Positions 39,866 to 55,744 of a DNA stretch of 64,000 bases are shown in pieces. The position numbers and the translations under genes are program-made. Every line of letters begins with the position of its first letter. The stretch's first letter is position 1. The DNA lies in NCBI RefSeq assembly GCF_009914755.1, contig NC_060927.1. One strand, given 5' to 3'. The notes below the pieces were generated by a model. The model was not told where the DNA came from, did no database searches, and worked only from the letters and a program-made list of their open reading frames with translations. This DNA is from the human T2T-CHM13v2.0 reference genome, Homo sapiens.

Positions 39866-40979
39866 TTCTTACTTTCCCATATTAGGGGTGATAGCCAAAG
39901 GGGTTCTGGTAAGAGAAAGGGGGACAAACAGAACTGGTAAAGAGGCCCCCCTGGCTCCAGGCCTGTCCATCAGGAAGTAAATTTTACAGGGCACCAAGCT
40001 TTGCCCCCTAAAATCCATTAGGTGTTCTTTGTTCATGCAGGCAGGTTTCTGCCGCATTTGATGTGGAGGCAGTGAAGGGCTTGCCCTGCTGGCCTCTCAT
40101 CCCCCTTCTTCCCACAACCCTTGGGCAGGGCTGGACTCAGTAATTTTGAGGAAATTGAAGATGCCATCTTCCCCTGTGAGTGACATGTCTTTAATTTTTT
40201 AAAAAACTCTATTTGAAAATTGGAGGGGGAAGAATGGGAAGGGAGTTATTGCCAAATATGTTAATTATGGGTTGGGGTGCTTGTATATGTATCTTCCTCA
40301 ATTTCCGCATAAATGAGGTATCTTTTTGTCACACCAAAATCAAGGGGTAGGGAGAGGGAGGAGGTTGCAAAAAGCCAGATGTGGGGGAAAAGTAACATCA
40401 ACACTGTCCCATCCTCAGCCCTGAACCCTACCATCTGATCCCCTCAGACATTCTCAGGATTTTACAAGACTGTCAGAGTGGGGAACCCCTCCCATTAAAG
40501 ATCCGGGCAGGACTGGGGACAGGTTGGAAATGTGATGGGTTGGGGGGTGGGAGGCATGGGCCGGGGGCAGTTCTCTCTTCACTTGTAAACTTGTGTAGTT
40601 TCACAGAAAAAAAAAATGCAGTTTTAAATAAAGAAATTTCTTTAAAAAAAAAAAAATGTCAATGTGTCCCTAGGCCTGGAGACCATGTGTGATTAGGCTA
40701 AGTTATATTTAGTTCCTATCTAATATTTTCCCATAAAATATTCCAAACTGAACAATCTCTCATTTCTACATTTGAATATTGTGTAACTTGCCAGTGAATT
40801 TTTTTTTGTTACTTTCTAAATTTCCATTGTTTCTTTTTCACATGAAAAATAGGACAGTTCTTAGATGGGGAAAGGCAACAGGATAAATCTGTGGTTCAAA
40901 GGATATAAGCACTATTTTATTACTGAAAACTTGAAATGACTTATTATGTGGCATATTATTCTTCTCAAAAGCCTCGTTA

Positions 40980-41210
40980 GTATTTACCATTTTAAGAACT
41001 TTATACATTTTTAACTCATTAAGTCTCACAGAGACAATGTGAAGCAGGTACTAATGTTATTATTGTCATTATAGGCATGGAAAGCTGAGAGCTGTGGCAC
41101 AGGGAGGTGAAATAACCAGCACAAAGCCGTACAGTTGACAAGCGAGGAAGCCAGGGTTCAAATCCAGGAAGTCTGGCTCCAGAGTCTGTGGGCTAAACCA
41201 CTATGCCTAG
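40980..41210 (-). mobile_element. MIR
   Basis: GAAGCCAGGGTTCAAATCCAGGAAGTCTGGCTCCAGAGTCTGTGGGCTAAACCACTATGC. Confidence 0.8.
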
Positions 41211-41311
41211 CGTTCAAAGGAGACTTGAGTTTATGATAATCTCGCTGCTGTAGGGTTCAGATTTGCATATTATGAAATGAAATGTTTATAAACGTTCCAA
41301 CCAACGTTTTC

Positions 41312-43909
<2,598 letters not shown>

Positions 43910-44187
43910 TCCAACTAACATTTTCAAAAGTGCCCATGATACAAGTCTTCAGTTTAAAAATATTGTTCAATATTGTGAAGGGTATCATAAGAGAATCTAT
44001 TACTCTTTCTTTGGGTCAATAAAAGGGAAAGATCTAATCTAGCCTTTCTCAAAATATGTTCCCTGAAAAACTGACCCTGCAGGATATTCCCTCTAAAAAA
44101 ATGTTTCCATCATCAAATAACTTTGGAGAATATCACATGCTATGTCCATATATTTGAGAGTCATAACACACATATTTAAAGCACCAA

Positions 44188-44514
44188 GGCTAGGTGCAGT
44201 GGCTAACACCTGTAATCCTAGCAGTTTGGGAGGTTGAGGTGGGAGGATTGCTTGAGCCCAGGAGTTCGAGACCAGTCTAGGTAACATGGCCAAACCTCGT
44301 CTCTACAAAAAATGTACACACACACACATACACAAATTAACCAGGCCTGCTGGTGTGTGCCTGTAGTCCTAGTTACTGAGAAGACTAAGATGGCAGGATC
44401 ACTTGAGCCTGGGGAGCCCAAGGCTTCAGTGAGCCATGATCACTGGATTGCACCACTGCACTCCAGCCTGGGTGACAGAGTAAGATCTTGTTTCAAAAAA
44501 AAAAAAAAAAAAAA
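44188..44514 (+). mobile_element. Alu (AluJ-like) with (CA)n in the central linker
   Basis: GGCTAGGTGCAGTGGCTAACACCTGTAATCC... with poly(A) tail. Confidence 0.9.
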
Positions 44515-45134
44515 GTACAGAAAAGTACTTAAGTGAAGACACATGTTTAGCTTTTTTTCAACCTAGAAGTTAAGTTGATAAACTCTAAAAATAATTCCAA
44601 ATAATTATTTTTCACAAAGAACTTGTTAACATCCTGTAGACCAGTGTTGCACAATTTTGACCTGGTTCTTTAAAGTGAAACCATAGGCTCTGAGATTTCT
44701 AGAAGGCGAGTGGAAAGTGCTGAAAACAAAAACAAAAACAAAAAACAACTAACAAGGCAAACAAGGCTATAGACTGTCATCTTTCTGTCTGTGGTGTCTA
44801 AATTCACCTTTTAAGCTGTACCGTAATCTACTCAATGCATACTTCACACCATTGAATTCCGTTGCCTTGTTGGATTTCCTTCTGATCTTAGGGAACTTGC
44901 AAAGTGAGTCTAGAAATACAGTGTTGAGCCTTACTTGCCCTCACGGTGTGTGCTGTGGATGTCTCCTCATATAGCTCTGCTCTGTTTGACATTTTAGAGT
45001 GATTTCTGAATGCTCAAAAAGGGCAGATTCTAAATCCAGATCTGGTAAGAAATGCTGTTACTTATCTGAGAAGAACAGCCATGGGGTGTACACACATACG
45101 TGAAAAGGAGATCTTTCAAAAACACAGAAATACG

Positions 45135-45288
45135 TGAGGGAAGGAGTGAGGGAGTGGGAGAAAGAGAGAGAGAGAGAGGGAGAGAGAGAAACAGATAAAG
45201 GGAGACAGACAGAGACAGAGAGGGAGAGACAGAATGAGAGAGAGATAGAGACAGAGAGACAGAAAGACGGGAGAAGAGAGAGAGAGGA
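45135..45288. repeat. GA-rich low-complexity tract ((GA)n/(GACA)n)
   Basis: Directly read. Confidence 0.9.
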
Positions 45289-46189
45289 GTTCAAGGTTGA
45301 TGTGGGGGTTTATTATTTATTGAAGGCTTTGTAGTCATCGTCATCACTCCATGTGCTAATTTATCTATATCTGGCCTGGGGTTCCCAACCACATTCTATG
45401 AATATGGTTAAGTACATTGCATTTCTTCTTCCCCATCATACCACTCTCTCTCAGTACCAGTCAGGTTTGGTTGACTGTATTTCTGGACAACTGGTTCTGG
45501 CTCTGGTATTGGGACTCTGGCTCTGTTCTCTCTTCCCACCCCTTCCAAGTTGGCCCTCCTGCCTCTTCACTCCCAGTCTTTTGGTCCCTGCTGGACAAGT
45601 TAACTGTCCCAAGAGCAACAAGAAAGAACAACTTTGGCTTCTCACAGCCAGTTATTGCTCATGTTTCTCTCTCCCTCAGCTGGGCTCCTGAGGCCCAGGT
45701 CTAACAGAAACCACTGTTGCATGGACCCTCAGTGCTGTGCTTCAATTTTTCCATTAGACTTGGCCTGCTCTGTTGGGGAGGAAATTGCTCTCTGGAAGTA
45801 AACTTGTGACCTGTGCAAAATGAATTCACTCTTCCACGACACCAGAGGACCATTTAGTAAATTACTTTCATTGCACAGAATACTACCCTGGTGTCCTGGA
45901 AGATGGAATTGGTGTTACACGGGTGAGCTATTTTCTCCCTGAGAAAAAGTGTTCTTATACAAAGGGCTCTGGCGTGTCGGCAGAGCCCAAGTCCTGTGGG
46001 TGAGTAGACTGAGGGAGCTGTGGCTGAGGGTCTGCTGGGACAGAGCAAGCCTGCCTGAGATATGCTGCTTGTAATGGGGTTGTGTTTTGTCCCTGAAGGT
46101 TCTAGAAAGGGATCAGGAGAGTTCTGTGGGTACTCTAAAACTGAATTCCTGACCACAGTTTGCTACAATTGCTATCATTCACGTCAATT

Positions 46190-46380
46190 AACAACAACAA
46201 CAACTGTTTATTTAGCTCCTATCGTGTTCTGGCACAATGGAAGATAGTTCACACATATCATGTCACTTAATTTAGCAACAACAGAATGAGACAGATTTTT
46301 TTTTTTAATGTCACCATTTTATCAATGAAGAAATGTGACTTTAGAGAGTTCAAGTTCCACGTTTAAGGTAATACACACAG
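46190..46380 (-). mobile_element. MIR
   Basis: CCATTTTATCAATGAAGAAATGTGACTTTAGAGAG. Confidence 0.6.
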
Positions 46381-46386
46381 ACCACT

Positions 46387-46705
46387 TCTATGGATTGAAT
46401 CTTTGTGTACCCCCAAAGTGATGATATTAGGAGGTAGAGCCTTTGGGAGATAAGTAGGTCATGAAGGCCTTGATGATTGGGATTGGTGTCTTCACAAGAA
46501 GAGATGTAGAGCTTGCTTGCTCTCTCCCTGCTCTCCACCATGTGAAGGCACAAAAAGAAGATGGCCATCTTCAAACAGGGAAGAGGGCCCTCACCAGATG
46601 CCAGATCTACTGGGCCTTGATCTTGGACTTTTGGTCTCTGGAACTGTGGGAAATAAATACCGAGCATAAGGCATTGTGTTATAGCAGTCTGAATGAATGG
46701 AGACA
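46387..46705 (+). mobile_element. MLT1A-like MaLR LTR
   Basis: CTATGGATTGAAT...GGAAGAGGGCCCTCACCAGA...CCTTGATCTTGGACTT...TTATAGCAG. Confidence 0.8.
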
Positions 46706-46729
46706 GACATGATGGAATGAGCATTCAAA

Positions 46730-48770
46730 TTTATTCATTATTCAACAAATACTTATGTTCTAGATATAGTTCTAGATGCTGGGGAGATCAGAAAACAAAC
46801 CCTTTAAAAAAGGAGTGCAGTGTATCAGGTGATGGGAAGTGTAATAGAGAAAAATAAAGCAAGGTAAGGAGGTAGAAAGCATCTGTGTGGATGACACTTC
46901 TATTTTATGTGGAACAGGCAAAGGAAATCCTCTCTAACAGGTGGTATTTAAGTATAGAGATAAAGGGAGTACATAGGAAGATGTGTACATATTCCAGAGA
47001 TAAGGAAACAGTAGGTACCAGAGCCCTGTGGTAGGAGGGTGCTTGTCATGGTCAGGGACATCAGGAGATGAGTGTAACTGGAGCAGAGAGGATGAAAGAA
47101 AAGGGGTAGGAGATGAGGAGATAGGTGGCCAGCTCATGCAAGGACTTATAGTGTATTGTCAGTACTTTGGTACTTACTCTGAGGGATATTGAAACCTCAG
47201 GAAAGTTCTAGCAGAGGCCTGGTATTGATTTACCTTACATTGTAAAAAGCTGATGTGTTGAGTATAGATGGTTAGGATGCAGGGCAGGAGCTAAGAGACC
47301 TACTATGAAGCTATTGTAACAGTTCAAGCAAGAGGCAGTGGTGAATGAGACCAGGGTGGTGGCATTCAATGTGAGGAGAAGTGTAAGAAGGCAGAGGCTA
47401 CAGGATTTGCTGATGAATGGGAAAGGAGAGGAGTTGAGAATGATGCCAAGGTGTTTGGCCTGGGAAACCAGAGGACGCCACTGTCATGTATTGAGTGAGG
47501 TAGGAAAGACTGTAGAGGAACAGGTTTTGGTGGAGAGAACCTGGGAATGGCAGATACAGGGTTCGGTTGGACAAATTAAGTTGGAGATGCCTGCTAGACA
47601 CCCAAGTGGCAAGACTGAGTAGGCAGGTGTATGTATGAGTCTGGAGTTCAGGGAAGAGGTCTGAGCTGGAGATAACAAATTCAAGATCTGCAATGTATTT
47701 TAAACCACGAGCCAGATGAGATCACAAGGGAGTGAGTAGAAATAGAGAAGAGAAGAGGTCCAAGGTGAGAGCTCCAAGCTAGGGACATGAGAGGGACATG
47801 AACACACGAGCCAGGGGGAGAAGAACCAAGGAAGGGTAGTGTCCTGGCAACCAAGGGCAAAGGTATATTGAGGAGGAGGGTGGGATCTTCTGTGTTTAAT
47901 GCTGTTAATAGGTCCAGTCAGATGAGGACTGGGAACTGACCATGGGATTTATTCATTGAACAACCAGTAAATACACTCAATGCAGAAAATATGGGGTAAG
48001 CGTTGGATCAGTATGCTTGAGTAGGCAGGAAAGGAGGAGACAATCGTGTGTCCCAGAGGAGAAGTTGGTCTTGGAAATCTGGATGGCTCATCCACTGCAG
48101 CAGAAGGAAGGCAGAAAATATGGATTTGGAGTGGGTATTGATTGGGAGTTATGAGTATGTGGAAATTCTGCGATTGATTCTGCTTCCTTAAGGAAATTGT
48201 AAGCCACATCGTCAACAGAGAAGGAGGATGGGGAGGAGGTGCTGGACGTTGGGACAGAGAAAAGAGGGGAGAAACACAGGAGAGTGGGAGAGTGAGTGGC
48301 CTCGGGAAAAGCAGCAGGGATGGCCTGGCCCCAAGGCCTGTACATAATGGTCTTGAGTTTAAAGTGAGACCTACAGCACGGTTGTGTGTTTTTCTCCAGC
48401 CACTACCAGGACAAGTAGTGGATGGTATGGCTGATGGCATGCCATTCAAACCTGGGGGTTTTTAGGAAGAAGGGAGATGGCAATGAAGAGCAACCTCCAG
48501 GCCCCATTATATGAAAATTGTGTGAGAGAAAAAAGCCATCAGCTGTGAGGGCTGGAAGGGAAAATGTGTCCTCAGAAGAGAGCCAGTTCTGGTTGGAGTA
48601 GGGAGGTGACAGGAAGGCTCAGAAAAGATATTGAGATTCAGAACTTTGTTAATGTGCAGTGAGTCACAGAGGACACAGTGGGAGAATTCCAGGAGTTGGG
48701 GAGGAGTGGGAGAGAATCAGATTAGGGGATGCCTGGAAAGCGAGCTGGGTTGCAAGGAGTGACCTGGAGT
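46730..48770 (-). mobile_element. Long L2 fragment
   Basis: TTCATTATTCAACAAATACTT 3' end and AAGTTGGAGATGCCTGCTAGACACCCAAGTGG...GTCTGGAGTTCAGGGAAGAGGTCTGAGCTGGAGAT. Confidence 0.8.
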
Positions 48771-49133
48771 CATGTGTCTTATGGATACAGACAGGGATGA
48801 GAGGTATGAGGGATTAATCCAGATGGTCTCTAAGGCAGCTAACAATGTTAAGACTGACAGTGTTGGGGGTGGTAGGGGATGGAAAGGTGTGTGGGATCTT
48901 TCCTGGAATACTCAGAGCTCTGGGGCCCCCACTTGTTTCCTGTTAGTGAAGGTGGGGACATATGAAGCTGTTGATTTCCTTTTTCATTCCTGCAAATGGA
49001 GGAGAAGAACTAGGAGCCAGAGTTTGTGCTTTGCACTAGGAACACAAGCTGGATCAGTGGGCTCCTGCCTTACTCCATGGTGAGACTAGACTGTCATATG
49101 TGGGTGACCTGGACAGGATAAATCATACCATCT

Positions 49134-49433
49134 GGGCCAGGCAGACTGGCTCATGTCTGTAATCCTGGCACTTTGGGAGGCCAAGGTGGGAGGATTGCTT
49201 GAGCCCAAGGGTTTGAGACAAGCCTGGGCAACATAGTGAGACCCATCTCTAAGAAAAAATTTTAAAAAATTAGCTGAGAATGGGGGTATATGCCTGTAGT
49301 CCCAGCTACTCAGGAGGCTGAGGTGGGAAGACTGCTTGAGCCTGGGAGGTGGAAGCTGCAGTGAGCCGTGGTTGTGCTACTACACTCCGGCCTGGGTGAC
49401 ACAGTGAGAGAACCACCACCCCCCTCAAAAAAA
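49134..49433 (+). mobile_element. Alu (AluJ-like)
   Basis: GGGCCAGGCAGACTGGCTCATGTCTGTAATCC... dimeric. Confidence 0.9.
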
Positions 49434-51039
49434 TATATCTCATCTGGACACTGTCTCTCTGCATTTGTTGACTCTGCTTTCTTCTAAGTTGTCTGCATTT
49501 TCAGGCAGATTCTCTCCATACCATGATGAAGATGGACCTAGCAGTACCAGCCTTACATCCATTCATGTAACCGCCTCTTAAGAAAGAAACCTTTTCCCAA
49601 TGAGTCTCCAGCAAGATACCTTGAGCTCCTCTCTCTGGCATGGCTTGGTTCATGTACCCATTGCTGACTCAATCACTCTGGTCAAGAAGATGTGGGGCTG
49701 CAATTTTCCAGGTAGATCCTCATTCTTGGAATTAGTTTATAAGAATGAGAGTGTAGGAGGGTGGGTCCCCAAAGGAAAAAATTAAAAGGTCTTGTACCAG
49801 ATTTATTTGGAAGAAATCTGAGTGAGGAGATGGAGGACATGAGGACAGTGTTTTCAGCCTTCCTCTGTTATCCTGAGTAATTCTACATTGGCCCAGTCTT
49901 GCACATATGTTCAGCCAAACAAAAGCCCGGCAGTTAGTCAGGCCCACCCATGGGATATGGGCACCTGGTTGAGCCCATAGCCAGCTATGTTGTCTTTGCT
50001 ATGGGCTGTATGTACTAAGAGGAAGTAAAGCCTTTTTATTCCTATAAAACACTGTGTGCTGGTCAAGCCATGTATCTGGGAGGCTGCATTAGCCAAAAAT
50101 AAGTGTCTTTTCTTGATTTGCATTAAAGCAATGTAAAGGCTAGTAATGGTCCTTTTTCTTACTATGGAAGATGTCAACACCTGGTACCCTTTAATTGCTC
50201 AGGGCCAGGTGACCCAGCTTCTATGCCCCTGGAAGAGAATACTCACCCTTTGGGCTTCCATAAATGGATCACTGATGAATGCTCCAATTCTTCACCTTTA
50301 CAGCTAGAGATAGATAGGAAAAATACCCCTTTACCACCACCACCTCCCAGGTACCTTTTAAAGCTTAACCAGGGAAGTGAGTTGTCCAGCAGAATAGCCC
50401 TGAAGTGGCTCCTGCCCATCCTCCCTACCCACATACCATGTTTCATCACAAGAACGGACACAACTCATCCCAGATCCTCCCACATTTTCCCTTGGGAGAC
50501 TTTCTAGATCAACCCCATGTGGGTCATTAAGATTTTTTCCTTAATCCTTAATCCCCATTAGATAACCCAACACTGCATGTTCCCTTATCCTCACACTGCT
50601 CTGCACATCCTAAAGTTTGACCTTCTTCCATTCCTTTTCATCTGTCCAAACCCCTCCACTATGTTCTTAGGAGCTCATGGTCTGTCACCAGCAGATGCAA
50701 AATCTCATCTCTTTCCCTGAATGTCCCCTTTAGCTTCTCACTCCAACTGCAACCTTGCTCTCCCCAAGGACACTGCCTCCCTGCAACCCTTTCAGGTAGA
50801 CACCTTTGATTTTATACCTCATGGACCTTAAAGCCTGGAAAAAGGGTAAGTCTCTTCCTTACTGTCCTTTGCTGCTTCTAATTAATCATTTCTCTTACTT
50901 TCAACTTCAAAGACCTCAGCCCCTTTGAAGCACATCATCAGATGTTACCACCTGCTACCCCACCTGGCTGTCATTCACTGACCTTAGTCCTTGGTGCCTC
51001 TGGCACTTGCTTGCTGCCTTTATCTCTACTGCCAATGAT

Positions 51040-51285
51040 AATGAGAGTTGGCATTAGCCAAGTGCTTTCTCTTCTCCTGAAACTCTTCTAAGCACTCTAA
51101 AAGCATTATTTTATTTAATTCCTACAATGCCATGAGATAGTTGCTATCATCCTCATTTTATAGATGTGTAAACTGAGGTGTAGGGGGATAATTTGCCTAA
51201 CAGCACACACCATTAGTGAAAGGGTCAGGGTTGGAAACAGTCTGACCCCACGGCATGTATACTGAAACACTACATTAAGCTGCTT
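51040..51285 (-). mobile_element. MIR
   Basis: ATCATCCTCATTTTATAGATGTGTAAACTGAGGTG. Confidence 0.8.
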
Positions 51286-51654
51286 CCTTGTCGGTGTTCC
51301 TGGCAACATTAACATCTATGCAGTTGACACCCTGGCCTCTCTGTCCCTTGACCTCCTGGTTTCTCTGCCCTATTACAGCCACCCAACCCTGTGGTCATAC
51401 CCATGATCTTTTCATCAGTTACAACAGCACCATCTCAAAATACCAATTTCATGTTTTCTCCTCCTTGATGTCACCTCCTGTCTTTACAACTCTTCAATTG
51501 TAGTCCTCCCACTTCAGAAATTTCCCAGCCTTATTGAAAATCTCAAATCCAACAATTCCATTGACCCTGCCACTATTTCACTTATATCAGCAGCCCTGGA
51601 ACTCTACATTTCCTTTTAGTGGATGACGGCATCCGAGCGGTGGGAATATTTCCT

Positions 51655-52200
51655 GATCCAGTTATACATTGCTATGTAGCAAATCACCCTGAGGGTGATT
51701 CAAAACAACAATGGTTTTATTTGCTCACAACTCTATGGGTCAAAAATTTGAGCAAGGCTTGGCTGGATGGTTCTTTTTTCTCTACATGGCATCAGCTGTG
51801 GTGTTTTATGAGGTTGTAGTCAGATGGTGACTGAGGTTGAAGCATCCAAGATGGTTTCACTTACTTGTCTGGAACCTTTGTGGTGATGGCTGGGATATGT
51901 CTCTCTCTGTCATTCTCTTCCTACAGGGCTGCGTCCAGGTGCCTAGCCTGGGCTTCTTTACATGGCACCTGGACCTCAAGAGTGAGTATTCTAATTAGCA
52001 AAGGTAGAAGCTGCAGACTGCTTAAGGTCCTTCTCCAGAAGTTACCCAGCATCACTTCTGCTGCATTCTATTTGTCAAAACAGGATACATGGTGAGCCCA
52101 GGTCTGAAGAGAGGTGAAATATACTCCACCCAAAGACTGTACTGCAGAAGAGCATGTGGAATGATGAGGATTGTTGTGCAGCCATCTTTGGAAACCTAAT
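51655..52200 (-). mobile_element. MLT1 (F/G/H-like) LTR
   Basis: ATTGCTATGTAGCAAATCACCC...AAAACAACAATGG...CATCCAAGATGG...CATCACTTCTGCTGCATTCTATTTGTC. Confidence 0.7.
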
Positions 52201-54336
52201 TTAATAGTGACACAGCACTATGATTTCTCCTTGCAAGCACTGTATCTCCCTTATCCTCTCCCCTTTCCTACTTATATGGCAATATTCCTGACCTGGTCAA
52301 TCCCAACTATCAGTAGGCTCCATGCCTGCAATTGAGAAGCTGAATATTTCCGGAGAAAAATCACACAACTTCCCTAAGTATTCTGACTTTTACATTATTA
52401 CCAAATAGTCTCTGAAGACTGCTAGACAATCTTATCAGTTTCCTGGATGTTCACTTTCCATTTTAAGTCTTGTCTCCCTCCTTAAATCCCGAATAGCACT
52501 CCACTCCTCTAGCCTACAGTAGTTAACTAGGTAACTAACCCACTCCTCTAGTTAAGCCTACCCTGGGGTTAACTTTATCTCACTATTTATAGAGAAATAG
52601 ATACAATCAGATTAGAAGTACCTCATTTTTGTACCATTATATCCCTCAATTTACATGACTGCATTTGCAAACTTTGCCTTGTTCTGCTGAAGTGGAAAAA
52701 TAATTTCTGATACCATCCAAGGCAAACCCTCCCACTTGAACATGGTATCCTCCATCTTTTCTCATCTCATCAAAAATTTCATTCCTACAAATATCTCTTT
52801 TCTCTCCAATATCATCAGTTTGTCTCTATGTAATGGATCATTCTCATTGGCATACTAACAGGCTTAATATCACCACCTTAAACGAAACAAATGAGTCAAA
52901 ATAAAACCCCTCTTTGACTCCGTGTCCCCCCTCAGCCACCAAGACATTTCTCTGCTTCTCTTCATACAACTCCTCCAAAGAATTATCTATACTTCCTGAT
53001 TCTAATTCCTCACCTCCTGTTCCCTTTTCAAGGCTTTCCAATTGAGCTTCTGTCCCCACCACTGTGGAAACTGCTCTTATCCTACTGAAGCCTATGGTCA
53101 GCTCTGTGTGTTCATGTTACTTGACCTTTCAGCAGTATCCAACAAAGCTGACCTTCTTGAAGCATATTCTCTTGTTTTCAGTGGCACAGCAACTGGCCTG
53201 GTTGACTTCCTACCTCATCAGCCACTCCATCATAGTCTTTGCTGATTTCCCATCCTCTTCTGGGTCTCTGAATGTTGGAGTCTCCCTGGTTTCTCTCTGG
53301 GCATGTCTTCTTGTTGGTGCACTCTCATCTTGGTGATCACATCTAATCCCATGGCCTTAAATGAAATCCTTCCTCTGATGACTCCTAAATTATATCTCTA
53401 GTTAGAGCTTTTCTCCTGAATCCCAGACTTGCATATTCTGCTGCTTATTTCATGTCTCCTTTTGAATGTCTAACAAGCATTTTAAATTCAACATGGCTAA
53501 AACAGAACAATGGGTTTTAGCTCCTACTTGTACCCTCAATTGCTGCCTCTCACCTTTTCGTTTGAGCAGAGGGCCCCACCATTCATGTAGTATCTCTCAA
53601 AAATCTAGCAGCCACAGTTGATTCCTTGCTGTTCTCAACAGTCTGCATCTGTCCATTCTCAAGTCGTTTTTTTCTACTTCCAAATATATTCTAAATTTGA
53701 CTGTTTTTCCATCTCCACTGCTATTGCCCTAGTCCAAACCACCACAATACCTGGCTGTCTACCCTACTTTCACTTTCACTGGTTACAACTTATGCTGTTA
53801 CTAATTGGGAAAGACATTAGAAAGTGGTTAAAATCACAGCATGTGGCATAAGACTGCCTGATTCAAATGACAAACTTATTAAAGTGAGAGTCAACTTATT
53901 GAAGTGAATATCACATCATAGCACTCTCTTACTTAAAATCCTTTAATTACTTTGCATTGCAATTGAACAAAATAAAATTCTTAATCATGGCTTTAAAGAC
54001 CCAATAACATCTGGCTCCCCACCAAACTTTCTGGATTCCACTATTGCCTCCCCCTTACCCACTCCATTTCAGCCAACTGGCTTCCTTTTGAGCGAGTTGG
54101 AGTGTAAACACTTCAAGTTCCTTCTGGTCTCAGGACTTTGAATGTGACACTTTTGCAAAGTTTCGAGTGGCAACTTTCTCTTCATTCACATCTCAGTTCA
54201 AATGTCACCTCCTCCCAGAGTCCTCTTTTGGTCACTCTGGATAAACTGAATTCCACATATCCCCTTTTGTAGCCACTCTATATAACATTACCCAGTATTC
54301 TTCATAGCAATTACTATCTGAAATTAGTTTACCCAA

Positions 54337-54700
54337 TGATATAGTTTGGCTGTGTCCCCACCCAAATCTCATCTTGAATTGTAGCTTCCATAATTCCCAC
54401 ATGTTGTGGGAGGGACCTGGTGGGAGATAATTGAATCATGGGGCTGTTTTCCTCCATACTTTTCTCATGGTAGTGAATAAGTCTCACAAGATCTGATGGT
54501 TTTATAAGGGGAACCCCCTTTTGCTTGGCTCTCATTTCTCTCTTTGCCTGCCACCATGTAAGATGTGCCTTTCACCTTCTGCCATGATTGTGAGGCCTCC
54601 CCAGCCATGTGGAACTGTGAGTCCATTAAACCTCCTTTTCTTTATAAATTACCCAGTTTTGGGTATGTCTTTATCAGCAGCGTGAAAATAGACGAATACA
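54337..54700 (+). mobile_element. THE1B-like solo LTR
   Basis: TGATATAGTTTGGCTGTGTCCCCACCCAAATCTCATCTTGAATTGTAG...CAGCAGCGTGAAAATAGACGAATACA, 364 bp. Confidence 0.9.
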
Positions 54701-55744
54701 TTCATCAAATCGTTTCCATGTTTACTATTAGTCTCACTGACCAGAATGTTACCTTTTTGAAACTAATGACTGAATTTTGTTAATTCTCAGAACCTCGACA
54801 AGGCTGGGCACATAGTAGGTACTCCATAAATATTTATTGAGTGACTGAACCAGTGCCTTTTGATTTTTTGAATACTGTAAGTTTCAATTCAAGAGCATGA
54901 GAAAAGTCTCAAATAGCATCAAGGCATAAAATAAAAAGTAAAATTATACTTTTGTCTGCTTTCAGGACCTCCTTTACCAGGTCCTACTCCCTAGAACTAA
55001 GTTGGTTTTAGAAGTTATAGAATTTAGCACTTTACATTACCCCTCTCTTCTCCTGACATTAAAAATCTTATGTTATTATTTAAAATGTCTTCTTTGGGTT
55101 ACTTTCATAATCATAAACAGCATGCTTAAACCACTATTTCTTGGATACCTATTATGTAAGAAGAGAACATGTATGCCTCCTACACTTCCTTCTACTCTTC
55201 TCTGGCCCCTCCTCCTCAGCTTTGATCATTACTTTTACATGATCAAGGTTTATTACATTTATATTCCAATCTGTAACTATAATTAAGTCTTCTGTGCTTT
55301 GACGATAGGTTAGTTTCTTAAAATTGAATACCATTAAATAGCAATTGGAAATTATGATTATGTAAATATTATTCAGTGGAGAACCAAGTGGTTTGATTAG
55401 ACTTGTAGAGAAGGAAAAATAATCCTAAATCACCAAACCTGTGGCACTCAAAGGCAAAAACTTCAATCTTCAAGGTCAAATGGATTTTCTGTTTTCAGCT
55501 TCATATTCCGTCTTCATTTGCTCAAAATCATACTGCATTTTAATTTGCTTTGGCTTGACATACAACATTTCTTGACAGCTTTGTTTTGTTTTTCAAAATC
55601 TTGAATTGTCTCTCTTTTCTTGTTGATACAAAAAATACAATAATAAAAACCAACCTTTATAGAGAAGTTACTGAGAACCAGACACTAAATATTTTACATG
55701 CATTATTTCATTTAATAGCCACAATGACTTTATGAAGTATAAAT

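Larger units (their letters stand above)
37453..40656 (+). pseudogene. PBX2P1: Processed (retrotransposed) PBX2 copy, full-length mRNA
   Basis: Intronless PBX2 CDS from ATG 37717 ([13 protein letters not shown]) to TGA 39008-39010 (..VHSDTSN*). GC-rich 5'UTR, 1.6-kb 3'UTR, AATAAA 40627-40632, poly(A) from 40644. TSD AAAATGTCAATGTG at 37439-37452 and 40653-40666. +1 frameshift in the G8 run 37760-37767. Confidence 0.96.
50600..54850 (+). mobile_element. Long fragmented L2 interrupted by MIR, MLT1 and THE1
   Basis: L2 ORF2-type DNA (CTCTCCCCAAGGACACTGCCTCCCTGCAACCCT; TTACTTGACCTTTCAGCAGTAT) through the 3' end (GGGCACATAGTAGGTACTCCATAAATATTTATTGAGTGACTGAA). Confidence 0.7.

Noticed and set aside
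37453-40656. Possibility that this is the functional PBX2 gene
   Set aside because: No introns, has poly(A) and TSD, a frameshift, and no MHC class III neighbours.
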